64,000 nt of DNA from Takakia lepidozioides. Its lineage: Eukaryota > Plantae > Bryophyta. The position numbers were made by a program, and so were the translations under genes. Of the stretch, positions 13,558 to 28,100 are shown piece after piece (positions within the stretch are counted from its first letter, which is position 1; each line of letters opens with the position of its first letter). A model generated the notes under the pieces. That model ran no database searches, had not been told where the DNA came from, and worked only from the letters and a program-made list of their open reading frames with translations. The DNA is taken from positions 50,220,001 through 50,284,000 of the forward strand of contig CM060732.1 of NCBI GenBank assembly GCA_030704615.1. The letters run 5' to 3'.

Positions 13558-16500
13558 ATGTTCATTTGTTCGTATCAGGACTTTGTCCATCCCTTCCCGA
13601 TCTTTTCTCTTGGCACCCCATCCGAAAACAACCCAAGTACATCAGGCGGGAGCCGTGGGCGAGACGCCGCCCCCACGGTACCGGACGATGATGACGATGA
13701 CAGTGATAGTGACAGTGACAACAACAATGAGCATGGAATTAACCAGGAGGATGTGCAAGCCATGGGGGATCTCTTAATGCATCATGTGGGCGCTGATGCA
13801 TCCCACGAAGAGGGAACCCGGCCAATCGATGATCCTGAAATGGCCCCCTCAAGTGACATGGAGAGAGAGGCGAGAACTCCCTTGTACGAAGGGGCAAAAG
13901 TGAGTCGACTTTCAACAATCTTACTTTTGCTCAATCTTCAAATTCGATTTGGCATAAGTAATGTTGGGATGTCTGTCATAATGCGAACTATTGCAGACTA
14001 TATTTTTGCTCTACACTTGAAACCCAAGATGCCACGGTCGCGGAAAGAGGCGCGCGAAGTCTTGGACTCTGTGGGGATGGGCTATAAGATTTTTCATGCA
14101 TGTCCATGTGATAAAACCCCATACTACGGAGAGGATTCGCATCTCACCAAGTGCCCAAAGTGCAAGAAAGACCGATATCGGGATGATGTCCAAGGGAAAA
14201 AAGTACCACGCAATGTATAAGCACCATTATCCCTCGCATGGAGATTATTAAAGAGTAGTACTCATGCAAGATCTGATTGTGGTTTTGGAAGGAGTGAGTG
14301 AGTGAGGAGTGGAAGGAGCGACGTTTGGTTTTGACCATTCACGCCCAAATAAGGGAGAGGCTGCATAAAGGGAAAGACATAAGAATGTTGTATTATGTGT
14401 GCTAATGGGATGATTACATGTGGGGGGCGTGGGGTATTTCATCCTAGAAAATGTATTACTTTCCGATCATCCCGCGATTGAGGGCACAATACCGAAGCCC
14501 CGAATTGGCCAGACTCATGAGATGGCACGCCTCGCATCGGAGCCCCCCGGGAAAGGTGTGCGGGCCACAAGATTCACAAGCATGGAGGCATATTGAAGAG
14601 ATGTGGCATTTTCTCTTGGAGGACCCACGACATGTCCACCTCGGCTTCTCCTCGGATGGGATTAACCCATTCTCTGTCCAGTCATGTAGTCATTCCACTT
14701 GGCCGGTGACCATGGTGAATTACAACATCCCTCCGTATCTTTCAATTAAAAAAGGCCATATCATGTTGGCTGCCATTGTGCCAGGTGAGTGTACTCATTT
14801 CATGTTTATTATTGCCTTCGACTTTACATTAAACTTCTGATCTTTGACGCAATTCGGATGCAAGATTGATGAATGACATAATCATGGAGTAAGACGTGTA
14901 ATTCATTTTGTAGTATAATCTGCATATTGGTGGAGCATTGAAACAATGATGTGAATGTCTCAAAGGGAAAAAACAAGTGGCAAACATGGACACGTACTTG
15001 CGACCTCTTGTTGATGAACTTAAAGAGCTATGGAGGGGGGTCCCGGCATTGGATGCTTCACTTGACCCTATGGCCGGACAATCTTTTCAGATGAGAGGAA
15101 TCTTGTTTTAGACAATGCATGATTATCCAGGTATATTATGTTCCCCATGAACAACCCGCGTACATTCACTTGTCAATGTCGGATGAGGATGAGGATGAGG
15201 ATTGGGATTGATTGAAGTAGCGGCGACAGTCTTGTGCACCGTAGTGGGGACGTAGATGACATTATGGGCCATGCACATGACAACTTTTTGTTTTTGCTAA
15301 TGTGGCGGGATGTGTAGTACATGACTAACTGTTTGCTCGGGACTAAGCACCAAAGGGTACCATGCATGCTTATATTGTGGCGATGATCTTGATGCACATA
15401 GCTCCCGCCATCTTCACAAGATGGTGTATCCCAACTACCGCAAATTTCTTCCTATGAACCATCGATGGAGAAGAAGAGAGAAACACTTGTTTGATGGAAA
15501 AGCGGAAGTACGTCCCCCCCCTATAACACCGTCCAGGCAGTTTTGGGAGGACTGATGGAAGGAGGCTCATGCGGGCATGGACGGTGAAGTGGACGTGCCC
15601 GGCATGAAACGACTTTCAATCTTCTACGAGTTGCCATATTGGGCGGTACATATTCCACAAAAACATCGTCAATATCTCTATGTATGCATGTGATATTGCA
15701 CATTTGGTATGTGTTGCACTGTCACTTTCACGTAAAAAAATTTGTGTAAGTCTTTGTGGGTGGGGATATATGTAGGACCTGAAGATTCGCCAACTTCTAT
15801 CTCCCATGCATATTGAGAAGAATGTTTGCTTGTCCTTTTTTCGGGTTCTTCATGGCACGCCGGCAAAGAAGGGAGTGGCTGCAAAAGGAGATTCTCTCGG
15901 TGTTAGAAAGGAGCTTGAGGAGCAAGGTCGCATGCACCATCTATGGGCCGAACAAAATGGTGTGGACCCAGAGGGTGTTGTACGGTGGAAGTATAGGCAC
16001 GCACCTTGGCAATGGACAAAGGAGGAATACAAGAAAGTGAAGCCACCATAAGTGTTGTCCGAACACCAATTGGTTATGGGTCATCCCTCCGTACGAAGTT
16101 CAGCGAAGAAGACGGGGTCCATGGTTTGAAGTCTCATGACTACCACAATCTATTGCAATACATCTTGCCCATTGCAGTACGTGGGACATTGACTCTCGAG
16201 GTTTGTGAGACAATCTATAGATTGGGAGGCTTATTCCGGTGGATTTGCTCCAAAGAGTTGGAAGAAGCAGATTTTCCACGCATGAAGAAGGAGGCGGCGG
16301 TGGTAATGTGTATGATGGAGATGCACCTTCCTCCCTCCTTCTTTGACTTGGTAGTGCACTTAGTGGAAGAGGCTTCGATTGCCGGCCCCGTTCATTCTTG
16401 GTGGATGTAATTCCTTGAGCGTTATATGAAGACTTTGAAAGGATTTGTAAGACAAATGGCGCACCCGGAGGGTAGCATGGCAGAGGGGTATACGTTGCAA

Positions 16501-17735
16501 GAAGCTATATTCTATTGCACGGAGTACATGGCAAGGGTGGATGAAGAACCCCCTCGGATGTGGAAGGAAGAGGAGGATGCACGAACCAAAGACATCGTTT
16601 TGCCCAAAAAATCGAAGAGGGTAAAATTGCCGACCTTGGTGATTGAGCAAGCGCATGACTTCATACTGAAGAACACCCCATCCATACATGAATGGGAGGC
16701 AAGATACAATTATCTTGTTCAGCAACGAGAGGAGGAGACGCTTGCATGGAGGCGGAACCATCTAAGGCCGGTTACTAGACGCCCACGACGAGGAGCGGGC
16801 CGCCGGAATGTTCCTTCACAAAATTTGCCCATGGAATTGCAGCCTCTAAGTTCATTCCAACAGTGGCTTCGGACTTCAATTTATGACGTCGTTACTTAAG
16901 GAGAGGTGGTTTCAGATTTGGTGCAAGACATTGCAAGGGGCCCTCTCAATTCGCGACCTCATACACAGCGGTTTGGGTTCACGGTCGTCATTTCCGCATT
17001 CGTGTTCTTGACATGAAGCGCAAAACAACCTTTGATTCTGGCTTGTGTGCCACATATTGGCAAGACTCCGTGTGGGGCAAGGGAGATACACGACCTGCTA
17101 TGAGCAAACTTGAGTACATTGGAGAGCTTGAGAGCATACTCCAACTTCAGTATACAAGGTATCGGCTTCTTCTCTTCAAGGGAAGGTGGTTCCAGCCACA
17201 TCTTGTGGGGGCCTCCGCAATACTAGTGCAAGATGATTGTGGTTTAATGCGCGTCAATGCAGATAGGCTCAACCCTACTCATCGTCCCTCCGATGAGCCT
17301 TTTTCACGGCCTTCAAACATGGAGCAAGTTTTCTTCTCCGATGACAAAACAAGAGGGGGGAATTGGAAGGTGGTTGTGCATGCTCATTCAAAAGGAAGAC
17401 GTATCTATCATGGTCTCGGATCTCCATGGGGTGAGGTGATTGCGGTGGACGAAGAGACTTGTCATAATGATGCTGATGATGGAGGTTGGGTAGAGGGGGT
17501 AGAAGAGGATGATGACGCCCCGGACAATGCATCCTGGACCCTATATGATGAAGCTCTAGAAGATACGGATGTTGGAGAAGGAGACGAAGACACGGCCATT
17601 GACAACGAGGTGGAGGATGATTCAGATGTGCCTTTTGAGAGTCGGGCCATTTATGACGATGATTCCGATGACAAAGAAGACTTGGAGCTTGATGAGGATG
17701 AAGAGGCTCCGGATAATGATGTTCAAGTTGATTAG
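13558..17735 (+). pseudogene. Decayed CACTA (En/Spm) TnpD-like transposase with introns
   Basis: Motifs in order: TPLYEGA, IFHACPCD..CPKCKKDRY, YFPIIPRL, DSQAWRH, GFSSDGINPF...STWPV...NIPP (Transposase_21-like), MHIEKNV, GLKSHDYH, LPPSFFD...GPVHSWWM...ERYMKTLK...PEGSMAEGY (DUF4218-like), YIGELESI...DEPF...QVFF (DUF4216-like). In-frame stops (e.g. 16408, 16897) and frameshifts are present. Confidence 0.92.
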
Positions 17736-18049
17736 ACACAAAATCAAAGCTACATAACAATTCTCGCACCGAACTGGACCCATCCCTTCGATTGATTGTA
17801 CATGTACATGCATATTGTACTTTATTTCTATGATTCATCAAATATAGCTGTGGCTGGTAGTCTTTCAAGAAAGAAGGCAGAGACAATGAATATGTTGGAG
17901 CAACACATACAGATGTGGTATCAAGAGAATTATCAAAATGAATCTCACAATCTACAAGAAGATCCACAACAACAAGCTAAACCATAAAGAAAAACAAACA
18001 CCCTACCCCAGTACCATATGACAAAAGAACCCCCAAAGGCCCTAACCCT

Positions 18050-18616
18050 AAACCTAGAAAGCCCTGCCGTCGCCGCCTGCGACCCCTACGCGTCGCAAAC
18101 TACGACGCGTTTTCTTCGATTTATGAGGCCGGGGGTCGCAAACGGCGACGGCCAGCCGTCGCAAAATGTGACATGTTTTTTTGTTTTGAAAGAATAGGGC
18201 AGCCGGGCAGTTTGCAACGCCTGGCCGTTGCAGGGGCCTTTTGCCCTTCTTGCCACCATGCGACAACCGAGCGTCGCAAGAAAGGGCTGCAATGAAAGAA
18301 AAGACAAGAAATGGTTTTTTTTTTTCCCGGCGTGCGACGACCGGCCGTCGCCAGAAAATGCTGCCTTCTGCCCTTCGCTGGGGGCGACACTTGGGCGTCG
18401 CACGGAAGGGCTGCCATTTTCCCTTCATCACTCCGTGCGATGGCCAGGCGTCGCCGCCTGGCCCCGGCGCCAGGTTTCACTCCCGCGGGGTTTGGCTGCG
18501 ACGGCCCGACGTCGCAACTACGCTCCGCGGGGTTGGCGTCGCACGCTCGGCGCCGCGCGGGGCGTGGGGGCGTGGCTGGTGTCACAACCCACCCCCCCCC
18601 CCCATTTGTTATAGTG
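18050..18616 (+). mobile_element. Right terminus of CACTA element 1
   Basis: An array of GCGAC/GTCGC subterminal repeats ends in CCCATTTGTTATAGTG (reverse complement CACTATAACAAATGGG). No left end with a matching TSD was identified. Confidence 0.8.
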
Positions 18617-19250
18617 CCAAGGAGGTGGCAAGTGTGACGCCAAAGTGGCGGTCACCTCGGAGCCAGTGAGCTGGCATCGGTCACCCCGGAGCCGGGTAAG
18701 GTGGCGAGGCAAGCGCCCGCCTCAGTGGCGGTCGCCACTCTGCCGGACGTGGTGGCGGTCGCCTTCGAGGCACCTGAGGTAGCCATGCAGACGACCGCCA
18801 TAGTGGCGGTCGCCTCCTGTGAGGTGGCGGCAAGGCATCCTCAAGCGCCGGTCACCTCCGGTGAGGTGGCGGTCAGGCGACAGGGGGGTGCCCGGAGGGG
18901 CGGGCGGGACGACCGCCATGTGTAGGTCACAGGCGGGAGAAGAGGGCGACCGCCACGTGCCGTCGCCGGGAGGGAGAATAGGGCGACCGCCACGAGCCGG
19001 TCTCCGGTGGGAGAATAGGGCGACCGCCACGTGCGGTCGCCTGGTGGGCCGCGGCTGCAATACGAGCACGTGGTAGGGTGGGTGGCTGGGCGACCGCCAC
19101 GCGCGATCGCCGGTGGGACCACCACGTGGTGCCGCGTGTGGGATGGGCGATCGCCATGTGGCGGGATGCGGGTGGGGGGTTGGGTTTGGGGGTATGGGCG
19201 GGGGGGAGGGTGGAGGGGGTATAAAAGGGCAGGCCTCCCCCCCATTTTTT
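18617..19250. repeat. GC-rich GTGGCGGTCGCC / GGCGACCGCCAC subterminal-type array of another element
   Basis: Many direct and inverted copies of the motif start immediately after the TAGTG end at 18616. Confidence 0.7.
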
Positions 19251-19775
19251 CACCTTTGCCTCCCCATTCTCGAGCTTGAGGGTACTTTGGATGCTTCGCG
19301 TTCTAAGTCCGAGAGTTCGAACTGGAAGAGGCAAGGGTGCTTGGCATTGGAGGGGGGAGGTTTTTGATTTTTTTTTTCCCTTAACTGATGAGAGAATTGG
19401 TTTAGGCAAGGGTGCTTGGCATTTGAGTGGGGTAGTTTCGAGTTTTTTATTCTTGAACTGACGAGAGAATTGGTTTGGAGTCACGTCCGGCGTGTGACCG
19501 AAAGGGTGCACAAACTGATTTGCTATATCGGGAGGGGGAAGGGTTTAGGCCGGTTGAGGGGGGGTGTTGGGAGTGACAATCTATTTTTGTGCAGTTTGTT
19601 CCAAGATCTAATCTCATTTTCTTACCATAACATACCAAGCAATGTCTGGAACATGGTCTAGCACTGGGGCGGGAAGTTCATCAGGGAGAAAGAGGAAACA
19701 TGGATTGGAGCGTGATAGCGCTATCAGCATAGACCATAAGCTTACATATCTCCTTGCACTTGTACATGCGCTGCA

Positions 19776-20849
19776 GCCGGGAATCAAGGGGAAATGCCGC
19801 AAGACCTTTTGTGGAACCAACGTCTTCATGCCAGGGATGTACCGAGGCGCCCCACATTTAGGGCAAGATGGTGCATCCTGCAGATCTCCCCTATATAGCG
19901 CACATCCCTTCTCACAAGCATGGATGCTATCGTAATTAAGCCCAGCTTTTGTTATAAGTTTCTTCGCTTCGTAATGAGATTTGGGCAAAAAGTTCCCTTT
20001 AGGCAATAGATGTCCGTGCAAAAGCTTCAGAAGCTCATCCATCGCTGCGTTTGTGACACCATGAGTAGCACTAACATTGAGCAAGAGCAACGTCGCACTC
20101 AAGCAGCTGGTGGGGCAGCCAACATACAGAGGTGTGGTTGCTTGATGTTGAAATTGGAAAGCAGCACCGTCATCCCCATCCCCATGACTTTGTCCATCAT
20201 GTTGGCACTCGTCTTCTCCAAGCCCTTCATCCTCATTAATGGTGCTTTGTACATTATCTGCAACTGCAAACGTTTCCTGCAACATGCGAATGATGTCGAC
20301 GTCGGGGTCTAGATTCTCTCCACCACGAACAGGAACAGGGCTAATCTGTCTCGGAACATCATCCTCAGGGGGGCTACGTTCTTCCACAAAGTCTTCGTCT
20401 TCGGAGTCGACACTCTCCACCTGCATGTTCACCTCCAAAGTATAAGAGTATAGTCTTGTCCAAAATGTAACTTGTTGCATAAAACAGGGAATATCCTATT
20501 TGACCGTGCTAGTTTCCATACAGTAGTCCGCTGTACATGTACAGTAGAGGGCCGTTTAACATTAGCATTATAAGGGCTTCATCCTAAGTTATGTCTGCGA
20601 GAAGCGAGGCGAGAGATGCACGTCACTCACCATGGGATAACCCGACAGTGGATCCCGGTCGTTGGCAAGCAAATGCAATTTGGCAGTTTCCACGAATTGG
20701 AGTTGACCCCCATGGCAGTCGTTGCAGGGACACATTATCTTTGAAAGACCCAGTCTAGTTGCACGTCGTTCCTCGATTTGCCAAAGTCTTGCGTCAGTGT
20801 CGGACACCGTAGTGCGGCGCCGGGTGTTTCTAGTTCCGACCTCTCTCAT
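19776..20849 (-). pseudogene. 5' part of a second CACTA transposase, truncated after FPLIP
   Basis: First exon has the transposase-associated Cys/His motif IMCPCNDC...AKLHL. The next exon has TPLYVGC...LPKSHYEAKK...IHACEKGC...CPKCGAPRY...KVLRHFPLIP, paralogous to 13558-14470. Confidence 0.88.
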
Positions 20850-23114
20850 TTATGACGAAACGCTTCTGGGTTTGAGTAGTTTTTGAAGTGGGAAGTCAGC
20901 GAGTGCTCGGATGTGGGGAACCTACGCCTGGCTTGCAGACGTTGGAGTATTCGTATGGTGGGTCCACCTCCCCTTTGTTTCCTACATGCGCTCCTTCTAT
21001 TGTTTGATCAGTAGATCATGGTAGTCTTGTTTGAGGTCGATTACTGCAATTTGAGCGACGAGGAGGAACCCGCCATGGCACGGACAGGCAGCAGCAGGAC
21101 CCCCCCAGCGCATAGTGCCCGCGCCCCCACCACCTCCGCAAGAAGACCCTACCCGACTGCACTGGCTTCCCGCACACCCGCACCCAAGCCTTCTGCACCC
21201 AAGGCCTCTACACCCAACACCCCTCCACGCACTGCCTACGAGGAAGAGCGAGAGAGGCGCATAGCAGCCAACAAGGAGACGTTGTCTCAGCTGAACATTG
21301 GAAGCGTTGCGCGCAGGTGAGCAGATCACCCTTGTCCTTAGTATGCATGCTACACAGGTAGTGAGTAGGGGTTTCCCACCACATTAGCCTACTGCTTTTC
21401 CCCCCCATAGGTTTGATGGTGATGGCACTTTCACGATCGCCTTTTGTTTAGGGCAAGATTCTCACAGGGTTTTGGAAATGTGTGCGCAGCATAGCCAGGA
21501 GTGTACAACGGCCGACTAGGAGCTCCAAAGTTGTGTGGAACGGACCTCCTCGACGAAGCGGGCGCTTGAAAGAACTAGCATTACCTTCGATGGCGGAGGA
21601 AGAGCCCGAGACTGGTGGGCTCTGAGGCAGAGGAACTCGACGAGCGTGATCAGGAGCTCGATGAGGATTACAAAATAGATGATGACGACGATTCGGAGGA
21701 GGAAATGGACGAGGACCTACAGGAGGACGAGGATGGAGATGATGTGGACAAGGTATCAGATTTGGAGAACTACATCAGTGGTGCATGTGGACTGACCGAG
21801 CCTCCCAATGCAACGCATGCTCAGAGGGCACCCAAACGGCCAGCTCCTCTTCCATGAGAGGTAAGTGGGCATTTGCTTTTTGATTGTTTTAGGTTTTTGG
21901 CAGGGTTCATGTGCTTGATATGAGAATGCCCCGAGCACGGTTGGGATAAGGGTCACATCTTCCAAGTAAAGAAGTTGCAATGGCAAGCAATGGGCTTTTG
22001 CAATGTGCTCCCCTCTGTTTTCAAATGGGTGCACAATGAAAGGACTTCACCAGTTGCACGGGACATTGATCTGTCTACTACTTGGAACCCAATTTGTCAG
22101 TGACGTATTCTATTTTAAAGTCCAGCAATGCTTGTATGCTTGGGAGCTTTGATCCTTTGGCCGTCGCCTTTGCAGTAGTTGCTTTTGGTGTGCTCATGCA
22201 TGTGGTTTGGCTCCTATTTTCATTTTTGTACACTTTGGTCTCATCAGAAATGCTTGGCAGCTTATGTGCATTTGGAGTGGACCCTTGGGGAATCCCGTCA
22301 TTCCCCGATATTTTGGGGCTGCTCATGCCTCTAGATTTGCGTCTTCTTATTTGTTTTTCCTTTTGGTCCCAACAGTTCTTTCCATTTTCCACTAGCAGTA
22401 TGAAGCACCACTTTCTTGCCCTCTATACCTCATGATACAAGGGAGATTCTACTGTCTATTCCTTGGAACGCAAATCTGTTATAAAAGTCTTCTATACCTT
22501 TTTCCATTTTGTGCCATGAGAAATGCTTGGGAGCTTATGTCCAGGAGGGTTACCTTTGGACTGCTCATGCGTGTGTGTTTGGATGCAAGACAGTAGTTGC
22601 TTATGGGCTGTTTATGGCTGTGGTTTTGTCTCTTCTTGCTTGTGGGTTTCCTTTGGTCTCATAAGCTATTGAGCTCTTCACAATGATTTTGAAGGACTGT
22701 TTCATGTCATATCATGTTTTGTTTGCTGCGTTACTCTCCTCTTCAGAGTTTCCCCATTGGCTACCATCCACATTAATTTTATTGTTCTCTATACTACTGT
22801 CCTCTAGGAAGCCTATTGACATTGGGTGGACTTGAAACGGGAGTACATTAATGTCTCTGTGACTAAATGTCGGCCTTGTGACCTCGTGTCCTTGTTTGTT
22901 TCGACTTGAAGCGCTTTGCTTCAGGTAAGGTAGTGCATTGGATTTAGTTGGAAAGCTTGGGGCCTTTCCCTCTTTAGAATATGCCTACACGGGCCATTCC
23001 CTGCAACTCCCTGGAGTGTGATCTCTGAATGGTAACAAGCGGACTCCTACCGCTTGGGGGCAGCCCTTCCGCCCAAATTGGGCAGTCGTATGCTCTGTCT
23101 AGCATACTCGGCAC

Positions 23115-23978
23115 TTGGGCTCCGATTGGTTCCTGTGCTTAAACTTATGGCCTGCGAAAACAATAAAAAATTTAGCTCCTATCAACATCAACACTCCTCA
23201 GGGTGATCCTTGGGAATTGGTTACTTATGCCAAATCAAGGGCTTCATGTGTAGTTTTTGGGGTGAATCCCAGGATGGACGATGTGTCCTTTAAAACTACA
23301 TGCTCTAGCTTAGGCTTGGATTTCATGGCTAATGGTACCATCTCGAGACTTGATAACAGGGGTACGTTGAAGGTTGCAATGACCAAAAGTGCTTGTAATA
23401 GAGTCCCGCATCAATTCAATCTCAAAGAAGTTCGTCCCTTGACTGGCTGGAGAGCGGTCTTAGACATTGGTGATTCAATGGGGCGCTCTAGGAAGACAAC
23501 CAAGGGCAACAACTTCAACTTGAGAGTTTCTAACCGGTTTGATGCTCTGGATGAGGTTGAATCCAAACAGCCAGAAAGACAAGATGCCCCTAAGTGTACG
23601 GAACCTGAACATCCTGAATCTGAAGGATTTGGTACTCTGAATGGCTTACCAATCCTCAAGGTTTACACAAGACGAACAAATTCTATACACGGGGTAATTG
23701 TCCCCAAGCCGTCAGATGGACAGTCTGTCCCTAAGTGTGCAGAGCCTGAACGTCGTGTAACTGAAGGATTTGGTACTCTAAATGGTTCACCAATCCTCAA
23801 AGTCTACACAAGACGAGCAAAATCTATACACGGGGTAATTGTCCCCAAGCAGTCTGACGGACAATCTGCCCCTATGTGTGCGGAGCCTGTGCGTCGTGTA
23901 ACTGAAAGATTTGGTACCCTGAATGGTTTACCAATTCTCAAAGTTTACACAAGACGAGCAAAATCTACACATGGGTAA
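23115..23978 (+). mobile_element. LINE ORF1-like region containing about 2.8 tandem 141-bp (47-aa) repeats
   Basis: Lies directly upstream of the APE ORF and contains VSNRFDAL, typical of LINE ORF1/linker regions. The repeat unit (CCTA(A/T)GTGT...) starts at 23589, 23730 and 23871. Confidence 0.65.
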
Positions 23979-23989
23979 CTGTCCCCCCT

Positions 23990-25135
23990 TTGCAGAACGG
24001 TTGGCCGTCCAGGAGCAATCACAAGCTACCTAGTCGACAAACAATTCACACGCAAAGGGCTGGCTTGCGGCTGGCCACTTTCAACTTCTCAGGGTTGACC
24101 AACCAAAGGAAACAACTTGAAGTGGGACAAGTTCTTCGGACTAATGATATTCATATCTGTGCTGGGCAAGAAACATGGGAAACGTCGGATAAACTGGTTG
24201 GAGATGTCATTGGTTATAAATGGGCAGGTAAGATGTGTACTCTCAAGGCAGCCTCTACCAAACGCGGTCAAAAAGGGGTCGGATTCTTTGTCTGTGATTT
24301 CTTGTTTGACAATTGTGAAATTATCAACAAGGGTTTGAGGTACGAGCATAGTATCTGGCTAAAACTGAATTTGAAGGGCGGCATGAGTACAAAGGACCTC
24401 TTTGTTGGTTGTGTTTACATGCCCACAGAGGGGACCCTTAGTGCTGACGCAAACAAGGCCTTCGAAGATGTAAAGCTGGACTGTGCTTCGTTCCTTGCCA
24501 AAGGTCAGGTGGTACTATTGGGGGACTTCAATGCCCGGGTGGGCAAAGGGATCCATCACGACGATATCATTGGACCTTTTGGTGAGGACGAGCTGAATTC
24601 TAATGGCAGACGGTTAATTAACTGTCTAGAAGAGCTTCAGCTTTTGACCTTGAATAACAGGACAAGTAGTGACCAAGTGCAGTGGACTCGTGAGAAATCC
24701 CAAACTGGGGAACGTTCCATTGTGGACTATATCATAATGGACAAAATTTTGTTCCCCCAGTGTGCCAATGTGTTGATCGACAGAACTGTTATTGGTACCT
24801 CTGACCACTTCCTGGTTTGGACTGAGATCAAAAGGTGTTTTCCCACCACCAAGAGATCTGTGAAACGTTCGATTCGGAAGTGGCGCATAGAAGAATTCCA
24901 CAATGAGGAGGTCAAGGCTGAGTACGTCCAGGCCTTGCAAGAGGCTCTCCCTCATTTTGTCCAATCGCTCCAAGAACTTCAGTCACGCTCTGTTAACGCA
25001 AGAAATGAAGTCGAAAGAGCAGTGGACTCTTGGGAGAGTTTTGTTTCCTCCGTGGCTGACAAGATAATTGGGAGGAAACTAATTGTCTGTGGTAGAGCAG
25101 TTAATTGGTGGACCAATGAGATTAAAGGGGGTTGT
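23990..25135 (+). mobile_element. LINE ORF2 N-terminus (APE endonuclease), truncated before the RT
   Basis: APE motifs LATFN, GQETW, GVGFFV, CVYMP, LLGDFNARVG, IVDYI, SDHFLVW, then WWTNEIK, where homology breaks off. Confidence 0.9.
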
Positions 25136-28100
25136 GGGAGGGAGGGACCTGGACAAGTAGGGGGCTGCATATTGTGGTGTCATGTCTAGACAAGAAAGAA
25201 ATTGTAGTGGGAGAGGAGGAACCCCCAGGAGCACGATGCTAACCGCCTCATCAGCCAGCCATGTCCGAGAGGGGGCGCTCACGACTCTTCCTCCCCCATC
25301 TTCCTGCCCCCTCTATTGTCATATGTTGATAATATGTGAAGCCATTATCAGCCATTATCATATTGTACTCTCATTGATATGTACGATGGTTATCGGGGCC
25401 AGATTGTGCCTACAAGGGATTCCCCAAAGAACCCCCAAAGAGGGTCGAAACATACAAGGAGGACTTCCCCAGTGACGTTTGGCGTGTTCAATGGATCAGA
25501 CGTAAATGCATTTTGGGTGCGATTTCTGCTGCATTCAGTGTATGTATATTATAGAACGCGTTTTTTGTTGATGTATCCTACATGATGTTCATGCTTTATC
25601 TTCCTACATAACTCTTTCCCACATGTTGATTTGCAGGATGCAGTGAGAAAGAAGAAGGGAGTTGCTCCGGCAGGTGTCTTCAACCATCCCTCCCCACGTC
25701 TTCAACCAACCCCGGATGGAAGAGGCCCTCCCTCCTTTCCACCTAACACTGGTGTGTTTTATCCCCCTGGCATTCAAAGGTATGCACAGTATCAACAACA
25801 GACTGCTCATGTTCCAGCCGCCCCTGAAATTCACCCGCCCTTTTCTCAGTCCTACAACGCAAACAGCCCGTCAGGGGAGAACCGGTCATGTGCAGGTCCA
25901 AGTAGTCATGCAGTTCTGTGTGGGGCATTTCCGCAAACTGGGGAAGCACAACATGCTCCTGTTCAGCATGGGCACTACCACGAAGGTGTGTGGTACCCTC
26001 ACCCCAACCCTCCCCCACCTGCGTATCCTCCCCAGGCAACGTATCCCAGAAGCCCCATGTATAGTGCGCCGCTACATGGCCCTTATTCCAGGCAGCCCAT
26101 AGCTTCACCCAATTGCACCGCTTCGTGGCCTCTTCAATTCCCAAGCTCACCAGTTCCGAGCACAGGTTATGTTCCTGTCCACCCCACACCCCACGTTGGT
26201 GCGTGGCAGGGTTCATGTCCGCCCGCAGGGCCCCATGTTGCAGGTTGTGAGGGAGGAGAGGAGGCCCGCGATTCCAATATGACTCCAGATGCGCAACATT
26301 TGACTGGCAAGGACAGAGCCAATTTTTTGCGCAAGGCGAGGAGAGTAGCACGGAAAGGGTTGAAGGAAACGGCTTGTGCAAATGTGGCTGCTGGGCAAAA
26401 GAGATTCATAGTTGTGGCAAAAAGGGCCCATGCGGGGATGCACGGAATGACTGGCTGGCAGCCCTGCGAGGGCAATGCCAACGTGTGTTGGACTGTTCTG
26501 TGCCCATCCATCTTCAACCTCAAAGTCTGATTGACGAGGTGGGTGAACTATTAGCAGATGATTGGGAATATTTACCTCCTGGGATAGCTGGCGCCCAACT
26601 TCGAACTGAGATTGGAGCATCAAACTGTTTAGAAAAGTGTACTCCCATGGCAAACCTAAGCCCCACTATGTTGCGGACAAGACTTGGGCAGAATTAGTGA
26701 GGCATTGGAACACGCCCGAATGGCAAAAGAGTCGTGATAATGGCAAGCATGCACGGGGGCATGTTGGTGCCCCTTCGAGATCTGGACGCAGTGGCCTTAG
26801 CGGCGTTGAGGAACGTCTGGTAAATCTGCCTGTCTCATGACATTGCCAATATATTCAGGTAGCGAGGTGTCTTGTCATTTGTATCTTACTCTTAGAGGAT
26901 GGCACTAATATTCCCATATCCTGTCCATGTGTAGGCTAAGACAAGTGGTCGTCCTCCACTTCTATCCGAAATTTCGGGGAGCAAGAATAGCAACAAGGGG
27001 TATGGTTCCGATTCAGCAGGGGCCACCCGTTCTGTAAGTAACTAACCCACTCGCATTTGTTGCAATGATGTGCTTGTCAATTATTTATGGTTTTGCCTTC
27101 TTGTACATATGCCAATAAATTACCTCGCATGGCTAGTGCGATCGATGTATTGAATCATATTTCCACTCTATTTGTGGCAGGGCCTTGGAGCATTGGCTTC
27201 TCGGCTTGATGGCTTGGAAGGATGAAAACATACAATGGAGGCCAGCTCAATAGAGCACAAATTGGAATTGCAGGTAGTGAAATCCATGTTTGCCGCTGCA
27301 GTATCTAAGACAGAGAAGTTCAACATGGCATTGGCAGCGAAGCTCGGTTTGGACCTGCCGAGGGATGAATCTCCATCAACATCAAACATTGTGTGTGAGT
27401 TGTCGCCCCCTGTTCATGGTGTTGTCCCACCTGCGGCTACTTTGGAAATGACAAGTATAGGTGAGCAGCCTCCTAGCAGTGGAGGCAATGGACAAAGGAA
27501 AGGGGGCAGTATTGTGGAAGAAAATGCCACAGGCGAGGACAAAGTTCAGAACATGGCCTGTGACGATCCTTGCCTTAATTATGGTGCCAATGATGACCTA
27601 TCCCCCCTTATTGAGAAGGGAGTGCCTGTAGTGGAGGATCACACCGGCAGTGAACTTAGACAGAGTGCCCAAGACATAGGGGCAGGGGCTAAGGGCACAG
27701 GAGTGGTTATTGTTGGGGTAGGGAAGAACATTGATTCAACAACAAAATTGGCCGTTGTTCGGAAGGTAAGTACTCGTGTTCCTATATTCTTGTGCTGTTC
27801 CAAGTCGATTATGCAATACCTGCAGGCCGTTCATGAATTATGTGTACATGTGTGGGTTTCTATTGATTCAGAAGCCACCAAAGGAAATTGTTGCGGTGAA
27901 GATGACCAAGAAGTCCGCAAGACCTGATGCCAGCAACGTTGATGGGAGCCGTATGGGAAGCTTCAAAGCGCCGGCTCCTATTGTAAGTTTCCCTTCGTGG
28001 AAGTACATCCGTATTTTGTTTGCAGGGCTATATGATGACATCTCGCGTTTTCCCTGTCCATAACTGTTTCATGTGCATAACAAATGACAAGGGCACACAT

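Noticed and set aside
18038-18060. CCCTAACCCTAAACCTA telomere-like motif
   Set aside because: Only two to three degenerate units inside a transposon end.
18054-19511. Many overlapping GC-rich ORFs
   Set aside because: These are by-products of stop-poor CACTA subterminal repeat arrays; no domain-like sequence.
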